The notes under the pieces were generated by a model, which was given only the letters and a program-made list of their open reading frames with translations, ran no database searches and was not told where the DNA came from. A stretch of 64,000 bases of DNA from Camelus dromedarius (taxonomy: Eukaryota): assembly GCF_036321535.1 (NCBI RefSeq), contig NC_087436.1, positions 68,202,001-68,266,000 of the forward strand, given 5' to 3'. Position numbers and translations under genes: made by a program. How positions within the stretch are numbered: position 1 is the first letter of the stretch; each line of letters opens with the position of its first letter. Positions 39,900 to 52,700 of the stretch are shown one piece after another.

Positions 39900-40900
39900 T
39901 ATTCTGAATATAACAATTTAGATGCCTTCCTATCAAGAACAGAAAAACACCACATCCCCACAAATACCATTACTATTTAACGTAATACTGGAGGGCCTTG
40001 CCAACTCTTCTTTTTTTTTTTTTTTTTTTTGCCAACTCTTTAATACAATAAAAGAGTGAAAGAGTTTTAAGTATTGAAAGGGGATAAATTAAACTTTCAT
40101 CATTTGCAGACATTATTTACATACACACTGAAATATATCAATATGCAAACTGTTAAAACTAATGAGAATGCTTAACAATATTGCAAGGTGCAAGTTCAAC
40201 TTTAAAAATGAACACTATTTCTCTATACCAGTGATGACTACCTGGAAAATCTTGTACAATTTGAGACACCCAAAATAGCAATACAAAATTTAAATAACTA
40301 CCTAAGAATTATCAAATAATCTTTTAAATCAATTAAAACTCTATTAAAGCACATGAAATTACATTTTTGTTTGTCTTAAAAGGCAAAAGGAAGATGTGAA
40401 AACTAGAAACGCATGTTTTTGAATGTGATAATTTAACACTTATTAGATCAGTTATCTCAGATTAATCCACATACTCAATGCAATTTTTATCAATATTATA
40501 GTCAGATCTTTTGAAGAACTTGACAAATCTATTCTCAAATTTATATGGAAGAGTAAACATCACCGAATAAGTCAACTGAGAAAAAGGAAAACACAGAGGT
40601 GAATCACTTTACCAAATATTAAGGCATACTACAAAAATTATAATAAAAATATATATGATGCTTACTTAGGAACCAATAAAACAACGGTACAAAATAAGTT
40701 TAAAAATAGAATCATAATTTTTACTTCTACATTTAGATCTTTAATCAAATTGAGGACTGTATTTATGGTGCCAGGTAGGCATTCAGCTTTATTTTTCTGC
40801 ACTTACTGAGAAGGTTGTCCCTACACTATCCATCAATCTGTCCTTCCCCTAACTGGTAGCTGTATCATATATCATATTTTTATATACACACAGAATATTA
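39900..40900 (+). mobile_element. Ancient L1 ORF2 remnant (L1ME-like)
   Basis: ctttcatcatttgcagac, gaacttgacaaatctattctcaaatttatatggaag. Confidence 0.6.
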
Positions 40901-41049
40901 ACATATAACCAATTTGTAAATTTATGGAAATGTGGAAATATCTGTAAAATAATGATAATTTTCTGGTATTTGATATTTTTACTTCAAGGGTCACATCTTT
41001 ATAAAAACATTACTAAAATATTCAAGTATATACTACTTGGGCAGAGGAA

Positions 41050-42022
41050 TTAGGTAGACATTTTTCCACAGAAGACAAATAGTCTTCATATACCTGGTAT
41101 ATGAAAAGGTGCTCAACATCACTAATCATCAGGGAAATGCAAATCAAAATCACAACGAGGTTATCACCTCATATCTCTTAGAATGGTTATCATCAAAAAG
41201 ACAACAGATAACAAATGTCGGCAAGGATGTGGAGAAAAAGAAACTCTTGTGAACTATTGATAGGAATGTAAACTGTTGCAACCACTATGGGAAACAGTAT
41301 GGAGGTTCCTCAAAAAACTAAAAATAGAACTACCATATGATCCAGCAACCCCACTTCTGGGTGTATACCCAAAGGAAACTAAAACATGATGGCAAAAAGA
41401 TATCTGCCCTCCCATGGTCACTGCAGCATTATTTACAACACACAAGCTATGGAAATGACCTAAGTGTCCATCAATGGATAAACAGATAAGAAAGATGTGC
41501 TATACACACATACACATACACAAAGTGGATTATTATTCAGCCATGAGAAAGAAGAAATCCTGTCATTTATGACAAGATAAATGGACTTTAAGGTCATATT
41601 CTAAGTGAATTAAGCCAGACAGAGAAAGACAAATAGTATGTGGTATCACTTATATGTAGAATCTTAAAAAAAAAAAAAAAAAAAAAAAGTCAGAGCCTTA
41701 GAAAGGCTGCCAAGGGCTGGGAGGTAAGAGAGAGAATTTAGTAAAAGGGTACAAACTTTCAGCCATAAGATGAATGAAGTCTGAGGATATAATTTAAAAC
41801 ACGGTGCCTATAATTGATAACACTGTATTATATCATTGAAATTTGCTAAGCGATTAGAACTTAAATGTTCTCACCAAATAAATAAGTATGTGAGGTTATG
41901 GACGTGTTAATTAACTAGGTGATGGTAATTTCACAATGTATACACATATCAAATCACTATGATGTAAACTTTAAATATCTTACAATTTTATTTGTTAATT
42001 ACACCTCAAAAAACCTGAAAAA
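41050..42022 (+). mobile_element. L1MA-class 3' fragment (L1MA9-like)
   Basis: aggtgctcaacatcactaatcatcagggaaatgcaaatcaaa ... gtaaaagggtacaaactttcagccataagatgaat ... aaatgttctcacc. Confidence 0.9.
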
Positions 42023-42294
42023 TAACGTTCAAATATGTATGCCATTAGGATGACACCAAAAAACTCAGGGTAAAATGAAGTACAGTGATACCTGAAATTC
42101 CTGATATAATACTGTCAAAAAACTATTTCCAATTCATTTATTTCTTTTTCAAAAGTTGTTGTTAATGAAAACTATACAAAAATCCTTTCAGAGTATATTT
42201 TTTAAAAGACTTTGAACTAGATAAGAATTAACGAAATATCTTGTGTTGAAACATCTAAACCCTAACGTCTACCACATCAGGAGAAATACATTTT

Positions 42295-42640
42295 TGCATT
42301 CAGTAACATTTACTGAGTATCTTTGTGTGTTAGGTAATGGAGGTAAAAAGTGGTCCTGCCTGAGCTCAGAGGCCATGGCAAACAATTATTATTCAGGATG
42401 GTAAGTCCTAGGATAGCAGAAAGCACAGAGATCTCTGAAAACACCAAGGAGACCACCTAATGTTGCCTGAAGTTGCCATTGATGGTAAAACCGCAGAAGT
42501 AAGAAGTTAGTCCTGTGAACAAGTTAGAGAAGGGTGTTCTAGTCAGAGGGAACCACAAGTGAAAATACATGGAAATGAGACATAGAATGGAATATGCAGA
42601 GAAAAGAAAGTAGGTAGATATGGCCTAGAAGTGAGGATGA
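42295..42640 (-). mobile_element. L2 fragment
   Basis: cattcagtaacatttactgagtatct ... gggtgttctagtcagagggaacc. Confidence 0.6.
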
Positions 42641-45600
42641 TATGTTCAACTTTCATGTGACGCAAGCACCCTTTTTCCATTTAGAAGACAGCACGGCTGA
42701 AAACAATGTTTTTCACAGCATTTAGTGCAACTATAGAACTGTTTAGCTTGAAATGTCTGCTTTAGATCTCTAATTACCAAAAGTAATAAAGGGATACTGA
42801 AGTGAGACCTGAGGCTGATGGAATACACACTAATTACAACTGCCTTCAGCTCCAAGCTATTATGCATTATTGAATCATGCCTTGGAATAGTTTGAGAACC
42901 AGGGATTGAATAATAATGCCCTAACTTGAGTGGATTCAGCTCTAAAATGTACTGGAATCTCAGCAAGAAGATGGTAGAAAAAGGTAAGGAAGCTACAAAT
43001 GAAAGGGGCCAATACAAAACAATTGATATGCATGAAGGAATCAATTTCAACAGAGGTACAAATTAGAATGTCCGAACTGTATAATGAACTCAAGTTCAGT
43101 ATTTGTAGGGGTCTACAATCCAGGGCATCCAATACAGTGAATGAGCAGAGAAGATTTTCAAGCAATGGCAATATTTAGAGTTAGGCAGGTAATTCTTAGT
43201 GGAACCCAGAAATGACATTAATAGATGGTGATATAAGGACTCAACCACCATGGAAAAGGAAGAAATGGTGGCAAGGGATATCTGTACAGTGTCAGAGCCC
43301 TAAACTAGAGTAATGAGGTCCACCAGGAGAATTAAAGAAAAAATAAGGAAATCAAACCAGAACCCAATCACATGAATGTGGAAAATATAGTAATGATTTT
43401 AAAAGTCTGCCTCTCAAGTACCACAGGAGCCAAGATTAACTTCAGCTACTATGAACACCAGGCTTAAAACAGCAAAGCGAACAAGGGCTTCCTCCTATGG
43501 CTGACCATGGGCTTCCTAAAGTACTGACCACCATCAGTGATGGAGGGCTGACTCAGAAATTTGCAACACCAAGTCGTCATGCCAAAAACGTCAGGGACTG
43601 CAAAGGCTAGGGAAGACAGAACTAGATAACAAGGTTAAACAACACCAACTGTATTCCACGGAAATTTTTGGCTATCCATACATTTATTCTACATGAATAA
43701 ACATGGAATAAATTTGAAATGTACATTAGTTCAAGTCGTAGGTTTCTAAATATATATGGTATAAAGTTGACCAATAGCCAGATGATGGGCTGAGCCTTCA
43801 CTGTGGGTCTAGAGATCTTTTGCCATGCTAAAATACCTGCTGAATATATACTCCATAACTGTGACTCTGCAATGTATACTGCGTCATACCCAAATAATAT
43901 GGAAATACCTCCCCCAAAGATGAAAAACAGGTTACCAAGGCAGGAATAAAACTGAATTACTATCTACTCATGGAAATTCATTTTCCATTATCTTACAGTA
44001 TTTTTGTGCTACAACATCATTTTTATATTAATTCTGAAAAAAAATCAGTGCGAGCAACAGGATTTTTAAAAATAAATGTATAACCTATCAAAGGTCATTC
44101 TTATGTAATCAGCATTGACTTTCTCAGAAAACGTTTTACCCATTTAAAAAATTTGCTTCAAGTCCAATTTCCAGCTCTACAGCAAGATACACACAAGTTG
44201 GAAATGACAAAACCACCCATCAGAAAAGTTCTTTTTTGAATACTTGCTGCACACACAGGCTGCTGCTGCTCATTGAGTTAGAAAAAGGAAGTCTAAGAGT
44301 ACAATTACCCTGACTTCTAGAGAAGGGGATTCTAAGGCGTTTGAGCAAGTACTAACTTGGTTAGTTCATTGAATCTAAGTGAATCTACTTCTCTTTATCT
44401 TTGTAATAAAGAGACTTAATAATATTGTAAAAAATAGGAATCATGGAAAACAGTTTGGGAATGAGATAGGAAGAAAGACTATTATCTAGTTTCTTTTAAA
44501 AGGGGGTTTTGATAAGAACATAAATACAGACTTAGAGAACTATTAAAACTCCAGCTATAAAGGAAATGAAAACTTGAATTGTCTGTATTCCTGTCATCTC
44601 CTCATCCATCCATCTTATAACAGCCTTATTGCAACCAGACATGGGGTGATGAATGCAGAAATGTCAGACAAAAAGGAACGTGTAAAGATAAAAGGCTAGA
44701 AGGTAAAAAAAATATTTTTAATAAAAAACCCACAAAACAAAGAAGTGACTGCATGTTGCTTTTGTTACCGTTTTGTTTCCAAACACTGTCTGGGTGCTAG
44801 TTAAAAGTCAGAATTCCATAAAGATAGAAGCAATCCACAAAGGACCCTGAAAACCCTGATGTTTCTGAAAAAAAAAAATTATAATAGAGGAAAAAAAGGA
44901 TAAATCTACCACCAAATGTTCCCTCTTTATCTTTAAAGCCCTAAACTCACATATTGAACACATTTTATTTAAGGATCTCAAAGCACTTTACAAACAAGTA
45001 ACTACACTACCATTTCCTATCAGTTGTAAGCTTGGAAACCTTTAGAGTCAAGTTCAGCAGGAGTTTTCAAGCCCTATTATGCAAAATTATAGGGTGTAAG
45101 TTACCTATTTGATGGCCACAACCATAAATAGGAGACCCACTGTTGCTTCCTTCTGCTTCAGCCACTTTCTCTTTGTCCCTAAAATTGCTATTGCCATAGA
45201 AAAAGAAACCATCTCCTAAAGAGTCTTTTCTCTGTCCAGTCATTAATAGTACATACCAAATATGCATCATCACTTCTATAGAATATATTTTAGTTAAACC
45301 AAATTGCTTGTAGAAGAATTTCTCACTATTAAAGAAAAAAAATCCTAAAAATCATTATCAATTTGTTTGTAAGAACTCTGCTCCCTCCATATTCCCATTT
45401 ACCCAAGACACAAATATTTATAGACTCTCTTCTCCAACTGTACTTCTTCTTATTGCACATGAAAATTATCACATGTAATAAAAATGAGACTATTCCATTA
45501 TTTTCCCAGCTGGAACTATGGATCCTATTAAAGAGTTTTTTCAAAGGGAAAAAAATCATTTATTTGTGATAAAAATGGAAGGTCTTCCCCAAGAGACTGA

Positions 45601-46069
45601 GTAGTATTAGCCAACGTAAAGGTTCAACAGTAAGAGGACACATCTCTGCACAACAGAAAGAAGTCTTTGGAGCTTGTGAAGAGTATCTAGGACTGAAAGA
45701 CTGAGAAGTGAAAAGAGGGAGGGGAGAAGGGGAAAAGAAACCAGGCTAGGGACAGTAGCCCGTGGATCATGAATTGTTACCCATTCCTATAATCCCACTC
45801 CACAAAATAACTTCACTAACATCAATTAAATAGTCTACTCTAAGATGTAAACTAAGGCACTTGTCACAGATCCCCTCCTTAGCACCAAACCCACCAGATG
45901 AATAATCAGAATGAAAACTGGGCATGGGGGGTGGGGGGTGGGGTGGTGAGATGAAATTAAAAATGAAAATGAGTTGATGTTTTTGCTTTATATTGTTAGG
46001 AAAAATAAACAATTATAGGTCTCAATTAGTGGTAAAGAATAGACTATTAAAAATAGAGTGTACTCTTTC

Positions 46070-46730
46070 CAACCAAGGAGACACATTATTTATTTTATAA
46101 ATAAAATTTGAATATAGAAAATTTTATCTCTATCAAAAGTGAAAAAGGAAAGCATGGTAACTATGAATACAAAATAAAGTGTTAGAAATAGGTCCTTATG
46201 TAATTAATTACAGTAACTCACCATTTATCAGACATAAACTCTGAAAATAAATTTTTTCCAGATAAATTCAACAGTATGTTATCCTAGGGACCTAAATATC
46301 AAAGAAATATTCACAAATTGATGGAGAACAAAGAAATTAAAATATATAGTAAATAATATGTACCAGCCAAAATACAACTTAAGGTTTAAAAAAATGCCAT
46401 TAGAGATAAAGATGAAAATTTCACACTGAAAAAGAAACAACATACTGACAACATACAAAAATCATGACTATACACTCCCAATAGTAGAATCTCAAAATAT
46501 GTAAAGCAAAAACTGAAATAATTACCAGGAAATAAAAACAAGTTTTAGTTTTAGTCTAGATTCTAACACATCCATCTAAAAGCTAATCAAGCAAAGAAAA
46601 AAAGGAGATAGAAAACTAGAATTATACTTTTAACAAATTTGACCCAATGAATGTCAAAAATGTATGCCCAGTAAACACAGAATGTACATTAATTTTGCAG
46701 ATACAGAATATATTCAAAAATCCATCATCA
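46070..46730 (+). mobile_element. Ancient L1 ORF2 N-terminal (endonuclease-region) remnant; appears to continue after ~50100
   Basis: gataaagatgaaaatttcacactgaaaa, ctcaaaatatgtaaagcaaaaactga, cacagaatgtacatt. Confidence 0.6.
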
Positions 46731-46744
46731 AGTTAAAAAGATAT

Positions 46745-48657
46745 GCTGATGAGGCATGCATTACTCTAATACCAAAACCAGACAAAAACATTACAAGAAA
46801 ACTACCAACCACATTTGATGTTTATTAATTAAAATTTTTCCAGTTAATTAAAAAAAAAGAAAACTACAGACCAATATTTCTCATGAACAGAGATGCAAAA
46901 ACCCACAACACAATGTTAGCAAACTGAATCCAACAATGTATAAAATGACCAAGTGAGATGTATCCTAGGTTTGCAAAGCTGGTTCAACATTCAAAAATCA
47001 ATCACTATAATCCATCACATCATCAGGCTAAAAAAGAAAAATAACATGCACATATCAATAGACACAGAAAAAGCATTTGACAAAAACCTAACACACTCCC
47101 ATGAAAAAAGCTCTCCGTATATTTGGAATAGAAGAAAAAGTCCTCAACTTGATGAGGAGTATCTACGAAAACCCTACAGCTAACATCATACTTAGTGGTG
47201 AGAAACTCAGAGCTTTCTCACCAAGATAAGGTAAAAGGCAGGAATGTCCTCTCTCACCAGTCTTTTTCAATATCATACTGGAAGTACTAGCTACCACAGT
47301 TAAGACAACAAAAGGAAATAAAAGATAAAATGACTGGGAAGGAATAACTGCCCTTGTTTGCAAATGATACAATCATCTATATAGAAAATCTGAAAGAATT
47401 TACCCAAAAAAAAAGCCTACTGGAACTAAAAAGTGATTACAATAAGGATGAAGAATAGAGGTTAATATACAAAAGTCAATCGTTTTACATCAGCAATGAC
47501 AAATGGAATTTGAAGTTAAAAACAATACCATTTACATCAGAACTCACAAAAATGAAACACTTGGGTATAAACCTAACAGAAGATGTACAAGATCTATACG
47601 AGAAAGACTCAAAACTCTGATGAACAAAACCAAAGAAGAACTAAATAAGTGGAGAGATAGTTTATGTTCATGGACAGAAAGACAATATTGCAAACATGTC
47701 AGTTCTTCCCAACTTCATGTATAGATTCAATGCAATCTTAATCAAATTCTCAGCCAAGTATATATTGTAGATATTGACAAACTGAGTCTAAAGTTTAAAT
47801 GGGGAAGCAAAAGATCTAGAATTGTCAATACAATATTGAAGGAGAAAAAGTTGAAGGACTGTCACTACCAGACTTCAAGATTATAAAGCAACAATAGTCA
47901 AGATGAAAGAATTGGCATGGTATTGGCAAAAAAATAGACAAATAAAGCAATGTAACAGTGTCCAGAAATAGACCCACATGAACAGACTCAACTGATCTTT
48001 GACAAAGGAGCAAAGGCCATATAGTGAAGAAAAGACAGTCTTTTCAACCAATGGTGCTGGAACAACTGGACATCTGCATGCAAAAAAAGGAGAAGAAGAA
48101 GAAACCAATCTAGACATAGACCCCACATTCTTCACAAAAAATTAACTCAAAATTGACTATAAGTGTATATGTAAAATGCAAAACTATAAAACTCTTAAAA
48201 GATAACATTGGAGTAAACCTCGATGGCCTTGGGCCTAGCAATGACTTTAAGATAATCCATCAAAGTGAATGGAATATTATTCAACACTAAAGGGAAATGA
48301 ACTATCAAGCCATGAAAACACACGGGGAAACCTTAAATTCATGTTAGTGAAAAAGCCCATCTGAAGGAGGCTACATACTGTATGATTCCAACTATCGGTA
48401 TTTGGACAGAGTAAAAAGAACAGTGGTTTGCAGGGGATAGAGTTGGGAGGGATGAATAATCATAGCACAGGGGATTTCAGGGTAGTGAAAATGCTCTATA
48501 TGGTGCTGTAATGATGAATCTATGTCATTATACATTTGTCCAAACCCATAGAATGTACATACAACACCAAGAGACAATTAAAACATAAACTATGGACTTT
48601 GAGTGATAATGATATACCAAGTAGGTTCATCAGTTTTAGCAAATGTATCACTCTGGT
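46745..48657 (+). mobile_element. L1 (L1MC-like) RT region plus 3' UTR, internally deleted and 3'-truncated
   Basis: ORF 46953..47183 [39 protein letters not shown] resembles L1 RT; jump to 3' UTR near 48260; breaks off at aaatgtatcactctggt. Confidence 0.9.
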
Positions 48658-48659
48658 AA

Positions 48660-49560
48660 ACCCTGAGGCCCTAATCCTCATCGACATCTCCAGGACACCT
48701 TAGTTAGAGTCACAGTACAGCAACGCCTCTCCCAGTGGCCCAGCCAGCTGTGGGGTTCCAAGCTCCACCCAAAGGCTGTACCAGGCGAAACTGCCCAGAA
48801 GTCAGAATACGGGCGAACTGCGCATGCTTGGGCAGCAAATCTTCCAGGAACCCAAAAGCCAAGCGGTAGCAACTCCGGTTACTGACACACAACCCTGGAA
48901 CGCCAATCCCACCTCTGCCAAGATCCAAAGCCACAGCAACCTAAACACACAGTTCCATTCCGAAAACACCATATAAGATATGTCAGGCCAGCAGAGGACC
49001 TGACTGGGAGCTCACCTTATAATATCCGGTGCTGTCAGCTTTGGCTGCCTTCCATCATCAGTCTCCGGCCAGCTTCCTCCTTCCCCTCTTCTTGCAGACC
49101 TGAGTACAGTGCCCTTCAAACACCACTTGCCTCTACATCCACGAAAACCACCCTCAATGGCGGCAGCTCGCCGGGGCCTAGTCCGCGTGGGTGGAGTATG
49201 CCGTTTTCCAGGAAGGCAAACGGTGCTGTTGAATCCCTCAGGGTACGTTTTTGTGGCTTTGGGTGGATGAGGGGAAATAAGCGCAGGTCCTGACAAGCGC
49301 AGGGAGAGAACGGGCTGGGAAGAACTGAGCATCACGGACACCTCAGAGGACGATGGAATCCCGCCTGAGACGCCGCGGTGACCGCTGTTCTCAGAAGAAG
49401 CCAGATACAGCACGGTCTCGCGAGATCTAAAGGGAACAGTAGGGGAATCCTGGATGAGAAACACCTGAACGCCCCAGCTGCTGGAGGCCCCGCATAACAG
49501 GCTCGTCCTTCAGGAGCCCGGCACATGCCACTTAGAAGGCATACCCCAATCCTTACTGAC
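48660..49560. promoter_or_regulatory. CpG-rich promoter-like segment with a candidate minus-strand first exon ending at 49016
   Basis: Abrupt GC/CpG rise; TCTCGCGAGA at 49416-49425; YY1-like core ATGGCGGC at 49157-49164; NRF1-like TGCGCATGC at 48819-48827; minus-strand donor AAG|GTGAG (ctcac at 49011-49015). Confidence 0.6.
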
Positions 49561-50034
49561 ACCACCAAGACACCCTAGTCAGAGTCACAGTGCAGTAGTG
49601 ATTCTCTCCTCAGTCACGCAGCCAGGTGTGGGGGACCAAGTACCAGCCCAAAGGCTGTGCAGGGGATGGGACTGCCCGACATTAGATGGGGGAGTGAATT
49701 GTGCATGCTTGGGCAGCAAGTCGGTTGCCTTACAGGAAACCAAAGGTCCCAAGTAGCAACTCAGGTTTCTGGCGCGGAAACCTGGAATCCAGTCCCACTT
49801 CTACCAAGATCCAAGGCCACAGCAAAATGAACACATAATTTCATTCTGAAATCAGAAAATGAGGTGTGTCAGGCCAGAAGAGGACTTGAAAGAAAGCTCT
49901 CTTGATAATACCTGGTGCCGTCCGCTTTGGCTGCCTTCCGTTGCCAGTCTCCAGCCATCCGCCTTTCTCCTCTTTCTGCAGACCTGAATAGGGTGCCCTC
50001 CAAACACCACTTTCCTCTACGTCTGTGCAAACCA
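48669..50034. repeat. Diverged direct repeat, ~480 bp (copy 1 ~48669-49150, copy 2 ~49544-50034)
   Basis: Collinear shared blocks agagtcacagt, cccaaaggctgt, gcatgcttgggcagcaa, ccaagatccaa.gccacagcaa, tgtcaggccag, gctttggctgccttcc, tgcagacctga, caaacaccactt; offset ~875-885. Confidence 0.92.
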
Positions 50035-50099
50035 AAGACTCACCTGTTTCATGCCTCCTATAGCTACTGCAATATTAAAAAATTAGAAAACAATTGGAT

Positions 50100-52700
50100 A
50101 CAAAAGAAAGAAAGACAGACAGACAGACAATGTAATTGAAAATCCATTATCCTATATCCAAAAATCAATGGATCAAAGAGTAAATAGCTAAAATTATGAA
50201 ATACAGTTTAAAGATCATGAAAGTACTGCACATCATAATTTTGGAGGTAAATTGATATATGTATAGTTAAGTTTATGGATGTAAAAACAGTAAATAAGGA
50301 TGACCAAAAACAAATTAGTTGAGCATTCAACTTAAAAATTAGAAAATATAGAAAATAAAAAAATTAGAAAATTAAATGCTTTTTAAAACTGTAAGAAATC
50401 AATAATTAATATAAGAGCAAAAATCAGTGAAATAGAAAAATAAGGAAAAGAAAAGATTAGCAAAACTCTATTTTTAAAAGACAACTAACATAGGCAATTC
50501 TCTAGCAAGACTGATCAAGAAAAAATATAAAATTAATAAATAAGCAAAATTCAGAATGAAGGAGAGAAACAACACTACTTATAGAGCAGAGATTTTTTTT
50601 AATTGTAACTGAATCTTTTGATTGCTAAAATTGGCCAGTAAGAAATAGAAAGCTGGAATAAATCAATAACCATTAAAAATAATAGGATGATAGATGAAAA
50701 CTTCTCTCCAAAAGAAGTCACCACCCAGATAGTTTATTCAGGCAGTTTTAATCAACCATCCAAGGAGCACATAATAGCCTACAGCTTCTATAATTTCTCC
50801 TAGAGAACAGAAATAGAGACAAAGCTGCCTCTTAATCTTATGAGAACAGTATAACATTTACTGTTATACTGATATACATTCAAGAAAGTAACACTGTAGG
50901 TCATTTCCATTTGTGAAAGTATTCACAAAAATTCTACATAAAGGACTATGTAAATGAGTCCAACAGTATTTTGTAGAAACATGTAAGTTGTATTGTTTTT
51001 GCAAATTGTTGTATTAATTTTCTAAATTGAAAGATACCTCAAAATTAGATAATTTATTAATTAGAGTAATTGATTAAAGAGGAAACTATGTCATTATAAA
51101 TTGTGTAAAAATAAAAGCATTCAATAAAATTTAACTTTTACTTATTTTTTAAAACCCTCAGCAAAGCAGACAGAGAGAATCTTTTATAACTGTATAGTAA
51201 GTGACTAGAAAAAACATACTGCAAATACTTCATGGAGGCCCTGGTCAATGCAGTAAGATAACCAAAAGATTTAAATATTCCAATAAAGAGTTAAAATGTC
51301 ATTTGAAAAAGATATGATCATGTCCATAGGAAAAAAAATAGATGAACTGCTAAAATTAATGACACTGTAGCAATATATGAATGTCATCTCAAAAAATCAG
51401 CTAAGTTTACCTATACTAGTAGTTATCATTTAAACAAAATTTGTAGAGTATCTAGGAATTAATCTAACAAAAGTTTTACAAAACCATTCTTGAAAACATG
51501 TAAACATTATTAAATGACATTTAATAAGACATCCAAATATACCAAAGTATGTGGAGAAATATACTATACACATGAAAGAATGAATGGGTGGGTAGAAAAC
51601 TTTATTCATTCAGCAATTATGTACTGAATTCCTGCTGGGTCAGATTCCCATCTAGGTTCTAGTGTTAGTGAAGTGAAAAAGAAACCAAACTAAAATTATA
51701 TCCTTATAGAATATATATAAGTATATAATTACACAAGCCTATAACAATATTATAAATATGTCAACTTCTGCCAAATTAACCTACACATTCAATGGCAATT
51801 GCAGTCAAAATATTTTAAGAGTTTAAAGGAATTTATCACAGGACTGCATTGTTGCAGTTTATGTATTACGTAAATGGTGCCCTTTGGACTTACGCAATGT
51901 GGCAATCCTAGTTTGCAAATTTTTAAATTAATATGGAAGGATAAAATTCTAAAAATAACTATGATAATCCTGAAAAAGTAGAGCAAATAGCAGAGCTTAA
52001 TTTAACAAGATTAATATATTTTACAAGGTTATAGTAATTAAGGCAGTGTTGTAGTAATAGGAAAAAAGCGAAATATAGAAACAGATGCATGTATGTTCAG
52101 AGATCCATTATATATAGCATATCCACTTTATACCAATGTGACAAATGTAACAATTAGACAACATGAAATATTGAAAAGGATTGTGGGATTATGCATTAGT
52201 GGAGTCATTTATGGTACAATTAGACTATAATGTAACCGAGTACAGTATGTGCACACCTTATGCTCTATTCCACTCTTTGCTTTAAAAGCCACTCTTTTTC
52301 ACTCTGGTACCCTAGAGAAACTTCTAAAGATAAATACAAAGATAGAGGTACAAACATGCTCTTTGTAGCATTGTTTGTAATGGAAATAATTGAAAGCATA
52401 TTTAAATACCTATCTAGGTGAAAATAGAAATAAAATGTTATATTAAGTATTCCCCCTGAATGCTAAAATTATATATATCAACATAGATAGATCTTTAAAA
52501 AAGCTTTGTTTAAAAAACTTAGAACAAGAACTACATCAAAATATCTCTGTATGAATGTTTTAAATAAATGCAAAACATACATATTAAACATATTATAAAC
52601 ACAAAATATATCTTACATATTCTTACACATTTTATCATATGCATTTATATAAAACTAAATACCCAGACAGCAGATACACATGGAAAGTGGATGTAAGTGA
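50100..52700 (+). mobile_element. Ancient L1 ORF2 to 3' remnant (L1ME/L1M5-like) with a small L2 insert near 51600-51700
   Basis: ctctagcaagactgatcaagaaaaaa, aaagcattcaataaaattta, gtatctaggaattaatctaacaaaa, gtagcattgtttgtaa. Confidence 0.75.

Noticed and set aside
45100..45200. Possible 74-nt minus-strand exon (DKEKVAEAEGSN...)
   Set aside because: Interrupted pyrimidine tract, weak donor gtaact, no recognisable protein
49012..49464. 150-aa minus-strand ORF in the CpG-rich segment as a CDS
   Set aside because: Long ORFs arise easily in GC-rich DNA; non-ATG start; copy 2 shares the frame only partly; no recognised homology
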